Part shown: positions 1-9,119 of the stretch, piece after piece
Layout: the number at the start of each line of letters is the position of its first letter
Numbering within the stretch: the first letter of the stretch is position 1
NCBI GenBank assembly: GCA_017631285.1
Contig: JAGBTO010000098.1
Location: 598-64,597 of the forward strand
Source of the DNA: Alistipes sp.
Lineage (GTDB): Bacteria > Bacteroidota > Bacteroidia > Bacteroidales > Rikenellaceae
Direction of reading: 5' to 3'
DNA length: 64,000 bases
The notes under the pieces: generated by a model
Databases searched by the model: none
Told to the model about the DNA's origin: nothing
Seen by the model: only the letters and a program-made list of their open reading frames with translations
Program-made: the position numbers and the translations under genes

Positions 1-1279
1 CGAGAGTGGCACGGCCAAATTTGAGTTCATGCAATATGGTACATCTAAAGGTTGGGTGAGCCCTACTTCTACTAATCGCTTATTGGCAGAGTTACTCATT
101 GCCCCAGGCGATAACATTGAGATATATTACGACCTAAACAACACCGGTAAAAAACTCGTAGCACGTCGCGAGGGTAAAAAACACACTGCCAAGGCATACG
201 TAAAGAGCAATTTGTTCCAGGACTACATCGCAATGTACACTACAGCTTCAGACCGAGTACAACCATTTGGCGAGCAGCTTAGTGAGATTGCCTTAAACAC
301 TCATGACGGGGAATTTGCCGACTACCGATGGAGTGCCGACGAATATGCGAAGAATGTTAAGGCAAAATATCTTACAGCAGTCGAAAAGTTGAACGCCATT
401 GAGGAAATGTTACCCTTCGATAAGAAAAGGTTTAAGAATGGGATTGATTTGGAATATTTCGAAGCAGTGCTTCACTCACAATTCTTCCTTCAGCACAACT
501 ACCGTTCGGTACACGATAATTTTGACTACTCAAAGGATATTGACTACAAATTTGCCGTATTGACCGACGAGCATAAGAAGGATATGTTCAGCGTGGTTGA
601 GTGGGACGACATATATGAACTATCGCTATTGTCATTTGTCAGCATGAGAGAACTGGCTCACTACCTTAATGCACCGCAGGATAGTTTCGTAAGACATGCG
701 CGTGATTTCGGCAGATACTATCTGCTTGCATCAAACAATCAGCTCACCGAAAAGGAGTGGAATGAGATTGACGCTTTGAATAATAAGTTTATCACCAAGG
801 CTTGCAAAGTACGCGCTGCCGAGATTCAGGCAAAACTTGCCGAGGTGCAGGGTAAAGCGAAGGTTGAGAGTGTGCCCGACGTAGCTAACGACAAACTCTT
901 CGACGCAATCATAGCTCCGCACAAGGGCAAGGTTGTTGTAGTAGATTTCTGGAACACATGGTGTGGTCCTTGCCGTGAAGCTCACAAAGCGATTGCCCGA
1001 CTCAAAGAGGGTGTGCTAAAGGATAAGGATATTGTGTGGATTTACATAGCCAACGAATCGTCGCCTGAAGTGACATACAAAACAACGATTGCCGACATCA
1101 AGGGTTTGCACTATCGCTTAAATGGCGAGCAATGGATTGCAATCACAACCGACAAATTCAACATTGACGGCATACCGTCATACGTCGTAGTGGATAAAGA
1201 TGGTAAATACTCCCTGCGCAACGACTTGCGAGATACCAACAAGATGGGACGAGATTTGCTGAAGATGACAGAAAAGTAA
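1..1279 (+). CDS. TlpA/ResA-like thiol-disulfide oxidoreductase (5' partial)
   Basis: C-terminal thioredoxin domain GKVVVVDFWNTWCGPC...IPSYVVVDKDG. The frame is open from the window edge to the first ATG at 29, so the true start is probably upstream. Confidence 0.85.
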   Translation, partial: ESGTAKFEFMQYGTSKGWVSPTSTNRLLAELLIAPGDNIEIYYDLNNTGKKLVARREGKKHTAKAYVKSNLFQDYIAMYTTASDRVQPFGEQLSEIALNTHDGEFADYRWSADEYAKNVKAKYLTAVEKLNAIEEMLPFDKKRFKNGIDLEYFEAVLHSQFFLQHNYRSVHDNFDYSKDIDYKFAVLTDEHKKDMFSVVEWDDIYELSLLSFVSMRELAHYLNAPQDSFVRHARDFGRYYLLASNNQLTEKEWNEIDALNNKFITKACKVRAAEIQAKLAEVQGKAKVESVPDVANDKLFDAIIAPHKGKVVVVDFWNTWCGPCREAHKAIARLKEGVLKDKDIVWIYIANESSPEVTYKTTIADIKGLHYRLNGEQWIAITTDKFNIDGIPSYVVVDKDGKYSLRNDLRDTNKMGRDLLKMTEK

Positions 1280-1302
1280 AACCTATAATCTAAGAATCAA
1301 AA

Positions 1303-1335
1303 AAAAGCGAGAGCCTTAAACTCTCGCTTTTCTTT
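1303..1335. terminator. Bidirectional intrinsic terminator
   Basis: AAAAGCGAGAG-ccttaaa-CTCTCGCTTTT hairpin with A/T tracts, between convergent genes. Confidence 0.85.
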
Positions 1336-1347
1336 ATTGGTTACGTT

Positions 1348-1809
1348 CTACTCCTCCTTTGGCTTAAAACCCTCGGGCAACTCGGCGCGAACATAAACAC
1401 TTACATCCTCCGAATTGTCCTTCGCTGTCCATACCATACGCTCGGCGGTAAGATCGGTTACAATGTAACGGTGTGCCCACTCACCATTGCCATAATCGTA
1501 GTTACCACGAATAATTGCACCGAACTCGGGATCAGTCTCAATAAAATAACGACCTGTAATAACGCGCAACTGAGGGCTATCGATGTTTTGATAAAGAGTA
1601 TAGGTGCGATCATTTCGCACTATGTCAATATATACATAGTTACCCTCGGCCAACTCTTCGCCGCTCCAGCTCTCCAAACGCCATGAGCCAGCAATATTAT
1701 GCGGTGTAACGTCTAATGTAGTCTCCTGATACTCATCATCGTCACTACACGCTGCAAACATAACAACTGACATCAATGCCAAAAAGGCACCCTTCAATAA
1801 CTTTTTCAT
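1348..1809 (-). CDS. Lipocalin-like lipoprotein
   Basis: Lipobox FAAC followed by acidic SDDDE; IAGSWRLESW lipocalin-type GxW motif; last gene of the SusC/D locus. Confidence 0.7.
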   Translation of the reverse strand: MKKLLKGAFLALMSVVMFAACSDDDEYQETTLDVTPHNIAGSWRLESWSGEELAEGNYVYIDIVRNDRTYTLYQNIDSPQLRVITGRYFIETDPEFGAIIRGNYDYGNGEWAHRYIVTDLTAERMVWTAKDNSEDVSVYVRAELPEGFKPKEE

Positions 1810-1820
1810 ATCTAAATATT

Positions 1821-2609
1821 TTATTCTTCTTTTTTAATCACGACATAAAGTTCTCTTGCTCGTAAAGGCAAAGCCAAGCCTTTGATGTAAAGCTTTAACC
1901 ACAGTGGCTTCTTATTGGCTGATGGTGTATAGGTAATAACCAAAGCACCCTCCTCGCCTGCAGCTAGTATCTCGGGCTCGGTACGAAGTTTAAACCCTTC
2001 TGATGAAAAGTCATCCACTTCAAGATGCATAGCGCGCGACGAACTATTCATACAAGCAATACGCTCGGTCTGTAGCTTATCACCCATAAAAACAACCGTA
2101 TCACGTCGCAAACGCAACTCTCCTCGATTGCGTGGATAATCTGCACTGACGTCGGCAGAAGGGGTAACTTCACCCTTTAAGGTCAGCACCACAGTAGGTT
2201 TCGTCGCAGAAAGGTTGGTATAAACAAATACCCTCTGCTCCACCTTACCTGGATGCCCTTTTGGAAAATAAGTGAGCTTGATACCCGACTTATCACCACT
2301 TTTAACAGCCCCCTTATCAGCGACAGCCTGCAAGCACGAGCAGGTGGTTGTAACACGTGTCACGACCAAAGTCTCTTGACCCGCATTGCGCCATTCCAAC
2401 GACTTCTCCCACCGTCCATCATCCTCACCAATACGGCCAAACGACAACACTGTACCACTTTGGAACTGCATCTGTGCGCCATCTACCGTAGGCGGATTAG
2501 CTATGCTATCAATCTTCTCACGCGAGATAAGTTTAATCTGCGCCGTAGCACTACCACAAATAATTATGGCAGCCAACAGAAGTAGATATTTTATCTCACG
2601 ACACTTCAT
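1821..2609 (-). CDS. DUF1573-type Ig-like domain protein
   Basis: Signal peptide from MKCREIKYLLLL (ATG at 2609, just after the upstream stop); N.G..TLVVTRVTTTCSC motif; two Ig-like repeats. Confidence 0.7.
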   Translation of the reverse strand: MKCREIKYLLLLAAIIICGSATAQIKLISREKIDSIANPPTVDGAQMQFQSGTVLSFGRIGEDDGRWEKSLEWRNAGQETLVVTRVTTTCSCLQAVADKGAVKSGDKSGIKLTYFPKGHPGKVEQRVFVYTNLSATKPTVVLTLKGEVTPSADVSADYPRNRGELRLRRDTVVFMGDKLQTERIACMNSSSRAMHLEVDDFSSEGFKLRTEPEILAAGEEGALVITYTPSANKKPLWLKLYIKGLALPLRARELYVVIKKEE

Positions 2610-2610
2610 A

Positions 2611-4641
2611 CTACAACCAACCATTATCTGTTGCACCTTCACGCACAGTAATGGTGAAGTTATGAGTCTCACCGTTTGATGCCTTCACAGAAGCCTTCGT
2701 AGAACCATTCTTAAGACCCTTAAACACAAACTTTCCATCCTGCTTCTGGCATGACGCTACAGTAGAGTCTGCAATAGTAACCTCATAGGTAAGTTCCTCT
2801 CCTCCCTTGAAATAAAGTGCTGGAGCAACCGCCACCTGAGAATTTGTAGCTACATATAGGTTAGGGAAAGACATCTGTGTTCCTGCGCCTGCGATAGCAT
2901 CGAGCAAAGCAGCAGCATTAACCTGACCTGAGCCCATCTGACCCTTGAATGGAGCCATATTAAACTGCATAGGTTGCTGAGGACCCATATCAGCAACATA
3001 ACGGCAATAGGTTTTAATGCCTGTCATATAGGCATCGATAGGAGTAGCGGTAGAAATCAACAAATCCTGCAACTCCTCGGCCTTGAAGTGACGGCGTAAC
3101 TTAGTAGCGTAAGATATACCCAAAGCCACAACACCCGACACATGAGGACAAGCCATAGATGTTCCTTCCATATAACCATAACCACTCTTGCTCACATGGT
3201 ATGGAAGAGTCGAGAGCACACAACCTACTTCGCCATAGTTATGATCGTCATCAACATAGTCAAAATAATAATCCTGGTCACCGCCTGGTGCAGACACCGA
3301 TGTACCAGGGCCATAGTTACTATATACCGCTGGAGTGAAGTCGGCTGCCGTAGCCGCAACCGAGATATAATCATCCGATGCACCTGGATAACCCGCCATA
3401 GGAGCCGACTCATTACCTCCTGCAAAGACAGCAATACCACCCTCAATCACACCACTTGGTGAGCCAGCATTGTGAGTGAAGTAATCCAACGCATCCTTCT
3501 CGAGTGGGGCTCCACGCTCCCACTCCTCCTGCGATGCAAAACCTGCTGCGCCCCAATCATACTCGTTGGCACGTCCCGACACGTAACCCCAGCTACACTG
3601 CAACACTACAGCACCGTTATCGGCAGCATACTTAATAGCACGCGCCACAGCAATACTTGACGCACCCACGTTACCCGAGAAAATCTGACATACCATAACC
3701 TTCACACCTGGAGTATCAGCATTACCACCAGCAATAGAACCAATACCTAAACCATTATTGTTCTTGGCTGCAATAACACCTGCCACGTGAGAACCGTGAC
3801 CTGAATCATATACATCGTTCCATGTAATTATACCCGAGTCCTTGGCAAAGTTATAACCATAATAGTCACCCTTGAAACCATTGCCATCGTTATCATCTAA
3901 TGAGCGATATACTTCGTTCTCATTAACCCAGATATTATCCTTCAAATCGGGATGCTCAACAAATATGCCCTCATCCAACACTGCAACAATGACCGACTCA
4001 TCACCCATTGTCTTCTCCCATGCCTTCTCAACCTGCACATCAGCATCCTTTACCGACTTGACAACTTCACCCGAAGTAAACATATCGCCATTGTTAATCA
4101 AATGCCACTGCATAGCAAGCAGAGGGTCGTTGGTTGTAGCACGAGTCACACGTGCTGATGCACGTGACAACTTATCTTCCGACAAAGGTGTAGCCTTACC
4201 GGTGTATGCACGCTTGATTGTTCTATTAAAATCAATCTTCTGTACCTCACCTAAACTCTTAAATTGCTGAGCTACTTGATCGGCATCCATATCGCCATCA
4301 AAGCGAACTACATACCATTGATGCAAACCACTCTTGCGAGTTACATCCTCTCGCATTTCATCCACAGGGAACACACGCTCAAGATCGTATGCGCCTATAA
4401 TCTCCATCACCTGATCAACCGTAGGCACTCCACTGCGTGTAATAACTCCACTGCGAGTTGTTCCTGCTTGAGCAATCATGTCGGCAACCTCAGGCGAGAA
4501 CTTAACAAATAGCTCGCCCTTTGCATAGGATGGTTCCTGCTCTATCGTGTTATGCATATCATCTTTTGAGCATGACATCATAGCCACACCTAGCAAAAGA
4601 ATCAAACCATATAAAATACGCTGTTTCATTTTCTTGTCCAT
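2611..4641 (-). CDS. S8 subtilisin-like serine peptidase, lipoprotein
   Basis: Catalytic triad motifs VAVLDEG, HGSHVAG and GTSMACPHV; lipobox MMSC; N-terminal prodomain. Confidence 0.92.
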   Translation of the reverse strand: MDKKMKQRILYGLILLLGVAMMSCSKDDMHNTIEQEPSYAKGELFVKFSPEVADMIAQAGTTRSGVITRSGVPTVDQVMEIIGAYDLERVFPVDEMREDVTRKSGLHQWYVVRFDGDMDADQVAQQFKSLGEVQKIDFNRTIKRAYTGKATPLSEDKLSRASARVTRATTNDPLLAMQWHLINNGDMFTSGEVVKSVKDADVQVEKAWEKTMGDESVIVAVLDEGIFVEHPDLKDNIWVNENEVYRSLDDNDGNGFKGDYYGYNFAKDSGIITWNDVYDSGHGSHVAGVIAAKNNNGLGIGSIAGGNADTPGVKVMVCQIFSGNVGASSIAVARAIKYAADNGAVVLQCSWGYVSGRANEYDWGAAGFASQEEWERGAPLEKDALDYFTHNAGSPSGVIEGGIAVFAGGNESAPMAGYPGASDDYISVAATAADFTPAVYSNYGPGTSVSAPGGDQDYYFDYVDDDHNYGEVGCVLSTLPYHVSKSGYGYMEGTSMACPHVSGVVALGISYATKLRRHFKAEELQDLLISTATPIDAYMTGIKTYCRYVADMGPQQPMQFNMAPFKGQMGSGQVNAAALLDAIAGAGTQMSFPNLYVATNSQVAVAPALYFKGGEELTYEVTIADSTVASCQKQDGKFVFKGLKNGSTKASVKASNGETHNFTITVREGATDNGWL

Positions 4642-4670
4642 AATTTAGTTCTATACTTATCAATCGTAGA

Positions 4671-6317
4671 CTACTGCCCTGCATTAATTTCTTTGCGTTC
4701 CTTGGCAGTATAAACATCGTAATAATAATTCAAGTTTGCTGGAACATTGCTGAATCCTGCCGAATTACCCTTTTGATCTTTACCCTCCTGATTGAAAATA
4801 AGGTTATAAGGAATCCACCAATCCAGAGCAGGGTGATATAACAACCAATCAGGAATCTCACCTGTCAATCGATTGAAGTTTATAGCAAAGCGCTTTGTTG
4901 AAGGCATCACCTTCTTAATGCGACGATCAGCCAACATCTGTGGCAATGTATCAACACGGTCAATATCCTCTTGTGTATATACAGGCACCATTGCATCATC
5001 TTCAAAATCGGGCAACTTACCCTGCAAATAATTTACTGACAAAACCAGGGTATCCAAGTTCCATTTAATCAAATCAACGGGGAATTTTGGTTCATCAATA
5101 AAACCTCCAATATTTTTCTTGGTCGTATTGCTCAAGTCGTAAACCGAACTACGCTGATTTGCATTTAAGATAAGAGAACGCAACTTAGGGAAATTGGCCT
5201 TGTTCAAAACCGCAGGTATTGTTTGGAAATTATTTGAACATATATCCAAATACTCCAAATTGCGAAGATTCTTAAAGCTATCAGGCAACGATACCAATCC
5301 GTAGCTACCGATGGTCAAACGTCGCAACTGCGTAAGCTCACATATCTCCTCGCCCAATTCAAGATTCTTCAAGAAAGTATTTGCATTACCAAAGAAATAC
5401 AATTCATCGGCAGCGGTAAGATACTTAACCTCGAATGGAATAGGCTCAGATGTAGCAAACAATGTGAACGAAGCATATTTAACACGTCCCTTATTTTCGG
5501 GAGTACAACCAGCCATACTCTCATTCCACAATGTAACTCCATTCCACATGGTCATAGGTTGTGAAGAGTCCCACGAAGTCATCACATTCAAGTTGCGTGC
5601 AATAGACAACAAAGCTATTGAATCACCCGAACGAGTATCAGGAATAATTGGCTCAGAACCATGCTGTTTAACGTTCAATACATCACTACGCAACAACTCT
5701 ACGTCTTGACGTGGCTTGAACTTAATCTCAGCCAAACGATCCTCAAATGCAGTATTAATATCCCATCTGAAACGTACGTTTACCTCACGAGGACGCAAAC
5801 CTCTGTTCAGAACAAGGTTGTATTCGTCATGCTTGAGCCACTTAATATCAGAAGGTATCTCGACATCAAACTCTACATTTGAACGTACCTTCACATCGAA
5901 ATAACGCTTCTCAGCAACCTTATAGCTATCAACATCAAGCGCATTGTCATCAATCTCAATCGTATAAGGAAAACCCTGCTGAGTCACCACAACCTCCTGG
6001 GTCTCCCATGTTGAGAGGTTCTGCAAACGAACAATACCACGACGAGCCTCAGCATTCAATGCTGAATCTATCTTAAACTCGCATGTAGCACTACCTACAC
6101 CATTGGCAGGTGAGACTGTAATCCATGGATTATCAGTAGAAGCAATCCAGCGGTCTGAGATATTAACCTTAACCTGCTCAACACCTCCCGTAGCACCAAT
6201 CTCGATAACGTTAGTATCAACCGAGGTACCACCATCAGTGGTGTCATTGCTACATGAGCAAAGAGCAAGCGAGAAGAATGCTATAATTATAAATCTTTTA
6301 ATATTCATAGTTACCAT
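4671..6317 (-). CDS. BACON-domain plus leucine-rich-repeat lipoprotein
   Basis: Lipobox LCSC; BACON-like WIASTDNPWITVSP; LRR units such as LPDSFKNLRNLEYLDICSNNF and N.L.G.LP. Confidence 0.8.
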   Translation of the reverse strand: MVTMNIKRFIIIAFFSLALCSCSNDTTDGGTSVDTNVIEIGATGGVEQVKVNISDRWIASTDNPWITVSPANGVGSATCEFKIDSALNAEARRGIVRLQNLSTWETQEVVVTQQGFPYTIEIDDNALDVDSYKVAEKRYFDVKVRSNVEFDVEIPSDIKWLKHDEYNLVLNRGLRPREVNVRFRWDINTAFEDRLAEIKFKPRQDVELLRSDVLNVKQHGSEPIIPDTRSGDSIALLSIARNLNVMTSWDSSQPMTMWNGVTLWNESMAGCTPENKGRVKYASFTLFATSEPIPFEVKYLTAADELYFFGNANTFLKNLELGEEICELTQLRRLTIGSYGLVSLPDSFKNLRNLEYLDICSNNFQTIPAVLNKANFPKLRSLILNANQRSSVYDLSNTTKKNIGGFIDEPKFPVDLIKWNLDTLVLSVNYLQGKLPDFEDDAMVPVYTQEDIDRVDTLPQMLADRRIKKVMPSTKRFAINFNRLTGEIPDWLLYHPALDWWIPYNLIFNQEGKDQKGNSAGFSNVPANLNYYYDVYTAKERKEINAGQ

Positions 6318-6320
6318 AGT

Positions 6321-9002
6321 TTACTCTAACATTACATCACAATTCAAAATATTCTGGCTCTTATCATATATCAAGATATAAGCACCCATCTGCCATGCAT
6401 AACAGATATCCGAAGCATCGAAGATAATGTTAGGATTGTCGCTGATATCGAGATAGTAAATCAACGTAGATATTGTATCATCAATCTTACCAAAATCATT
6501 CGAGCCCAAGTATAGACCACGAAGACCCTTGTGATTACCTATGTTTGTAGGCCACTCTCGCAAGCAACGAGCGCCATTACCATCGCGCTGACTACGCACC
6601 GCAAGAACTGTCAATGATGACGCGTCCAGAGGCTCAAATGGGAATTCACTGAATGAATTGAATGACAAATCCACACCATAAAGATATGGCAAGTTGCCAG
6701 AGTGCATATCACGAGGTAACTTCTTAAGATTGTTATACGACAAATCAAGCGACTGCATATCCACCGAGTTTGCATAATTAAATGTTCCCGCAGGAATCTC
6801 CTCGATATTACATGCTCGCAAAATAATATAAGAAATCAAAGAATTTGTCTTAGACAACGCTACTGGATACTTTCTCATATTAGGATTAAGTGCAAGAGTG
6901 AATGTCTCAACTCTCAGACCCTTATATGTACCATCCTCCTCACCTTCGCAACCTCGTATGTCGTTACCCGAGAAGTCCACAGACTTCATTGTGAAATTAC
7001 TCTTGGCTGAGAAGATGTTTGGAATCTTCTTAAGTTTATTATACTTAGCTGAGAAAGTCTCAACATCCTCGTAGCCACAGAAATAACCCTCGGCATCAAC
7101 TGGGAAGCTCTCAATTTGGTTGTTATCCAAGTACAACTGAACGAACGAAACATCCTTACCAAGTGGGTGGAGTTTTGAAATCTTGTTAAATGCCAAATCA
7201 AGCAATCCCAACTTGTGCATATTGCTGAATGATGCAGGCAACTCCTGAAGATTATTCTGGCGTGCATACAAAATCTGCACCTTGTCACCCGAAGGACCCT
7301 TTGCCAAGCCATCAAGACCCTTGTATATCTCCTCAGCCGACCACTGTGCATTGTTCGAGATGTTGAGCGAGATAAGCTCAGGCATCTGACAAACAGCCAT
7401 AGGGAACTCTACAAGGTTTGGACAGTTGTAGATTTCAATATCGGTACAAGCCTCGAGCTCCGAAAGTTCTGCTGGCAATGTCGCGATAGCACTATTGGCA
7501 ATATAGAGGTACTCCAATTTCTTTAAAGCACCAATCTCCTTTGGCAATGAAAGCAAACCATTGCACAATGTACCATGATTAGTATCATAGAGATTGACTG
7601 AGCGCTGGACACCTGTTGCCATATCAAAAATCTCATTCTCCTTCTTAGTCTGATATAGCTCAGTTGCAGGAATTACAATATTATTCTCGGCCAGGGCACG
7701 TGCAATCGGCTCAGATGCCTGAATAGGAGTATGAATCATGCGTAAATACTTACGATGATTATCCATACGATTGCGGCTACGCTCCGAGAGGCTCTGATCC
7801 ATAGCAAGAGATGGGTCATATTGCTCAACATTTGTATCGTTGTGAGTACCCAAGTAGAGCTGAATCAACTCTGTAAGCTGACCAATCGCAGCAGGCATAT
7901 GGCCGCGGAATCCAAAACAGCTAATATCGATAAATGCTACACGTCCATTTGAATGCAACTGCACACCAGGCTGATCGCCCCACAAATCAATATCCTTATT
8001 GAAGTCCCAGTTTACTCCTGTAGGCCACTCCTCGCCGTTGTAGTACCAATTCTCGCCATCGAGAGCCTTCCATATCTCGTAAAGTGCATAGTAATCCTTC
8101 AAATACTCATCACTCTCCTGAAGTGCAATCTTCACATTAGCCTCGGTGGTTTTATTGTCTTCAACCGAGAAGATAGTTTCGATTGGACGGGCATTTGACT
8201 CGAGCAAATTCTTGCTCTCATCGAAAGTTTCATATGAAGTAATCTTGTAATTACCTGCAGGCAACGACACCAAAGTATCGCACTTGAGTGACGATGTTTG
8301 ATAGCCTTCCTTATCACTCATATAATCATCCTCATCGAGATGAAGTGCAAACTTAACAGGCAACTTTTCGAATTTAACGGGATTAACCAGGGCTCCTGTT
8401 GAAAGCACCTGAGCAACGCCAAGATTGACGTACTTAATCTCGTCGAAAGTATATTCACGCTCTGCCGCACGCGACTTGATGAATTCTTTTCTAAAGGTAA
8501 AACGAGCATGACCGCGAGGCTCAACTTTGACTGTCACCTCGTGAACCGACAAACCTCCGGTCTGTACCTTGAACTCACCTACATCGGCTGTAGTACTCTT
8601 ATAAATCTCCTCGTCATAAGCATCGTAGAGGACAAATGCATCCAAACGATAATTACCAACAAGTAGCTTAATCTTGTCGCTGCGCATACCAAACTCAGCC
8701 GAAGAGTTATCTGTAGCCGAGAGTGTAAGTGTCTGCGCAATGGTAGTACCTTCGAATGTTAGGACAACCTTAATCTTGCAAGCCTCCGAGAGATAATCCA
8801 ACTCCTGCTTCAAAGCACGTGTAGCCGATGCAATGGACTCAGCTGTCGAAGTAGAGGCTTTCTTATAAAGTTTGAATTGTGCGTATCCGTACTCCTGCTC
8901 ACGATTATCAATACCGTCGTTTTTATCGCACGAGATAAAAGCGCCGAGTCCAAGTAGCATAAGCAACACTACGCATACGTTGAATTTTATAGTTTTCATC
9001 AT
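6321..9002 (-). CDS. Large LRR lipoprotein with N-terminal DUF4458-like domains
   Basis: Lipobox FISC; DYYALYEIWKALDGENW LRR cap; many LxxLxLxxN repeats. The DUF4458 assignment is from recalled architecture. Confidence 0.8.
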   Translation of the reverse strand: MMKTIKFNVCVVLLMLLGLGAFISCDKNDGIDNREQEYGYAQFKLYKKASTSTAESIASATRALKQELDYLSEACKIKVVLTFEGTTIAQTLTLSATDNSSAEFGMRSDKIKLLVGNYRLDAFVLYDAYDEEIYKSTTADVGEFKVQTGGLSVHEVTVKVEPRGHARFTFRKEFIKSRAAEREYTFDEIKYVNLGVAQVLSTGALVNPVKFEKLPVKFALHLDEDDYMSDKEGYQTSSLKCDTLVSLPAGNYKITSYETFDESKNLLESNARPIETIFSVEDNKTTEANVKIALQESDEYLKDYYALYEIWKALDGENWYYNGEEWPTGVNWDFNKDIDLWGDQPGVQLHSNGRVAFIDISCFGFRGHMPAAIGQLTELIQLYLGTHNDTNVEQYDPSLAMDQSLSERSRNRMDNHRKYLRMIHTPIQASEPIARALAENNIVIPATELYQTKKENEIFDMATGVQRSVNLYDTNHGTLCNGLLSLPKEIGALKKLEYLYIANSAIATLPAELSELEACTDIEIYNCPNLVEFPMAVCQMPELISLNISNNAQWSAEEIYKGLDGLAKGPSGDKVQILYARQNNLQELPASFSNMHKLGLLDLAFNKISKLHPLGKDVSFVQLYLDNNQIESFPVDAEGYFCGYEDVETFSAKYNKLKKIPNIFSAKSNFTMKSVDFSGNDIRGCEGEEDGTYKGLRVETFTLALNPNMRKYPVALSKTNSLISYIILRACNIEEIPAGTFNYANSVDMQSLDLSYNNLKKLPRDMHSGNLPYLYGVDLSFNSFSEFPFEPLDASSLTVLAVRSQRDGNGARCLREWPTNIGNHKGLRGLYLGSNDFGKIDDTISTLIYYLDISDNPNIIFDASDICYAWQMGAYILIYDKSQNILNCDVMLE

Positions 9003-9058
9003 CTTTTTACTTGTGTAAAACTCTTTATCTTATAGTTCAAAAGGGCAAGGCCCAGCTA

Positions 9059-9103
9059 TAAAAAATTCCGACCCCCGCCCCGTCGGGAGACGGGGTATCG
9101 GAA
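9059..9103 (-). terminator. Intra-operon terminator/attenuator hairpin
   Basis: On the minus strand, TTCCGA-t-ACCCCGTC-tccc-GACGGGGC-ggggg-TCGGAA followed by a T-tract. Confidence 0.65.
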
Positions 9104-9119
9104 AGAAGTTGGGTGATTC

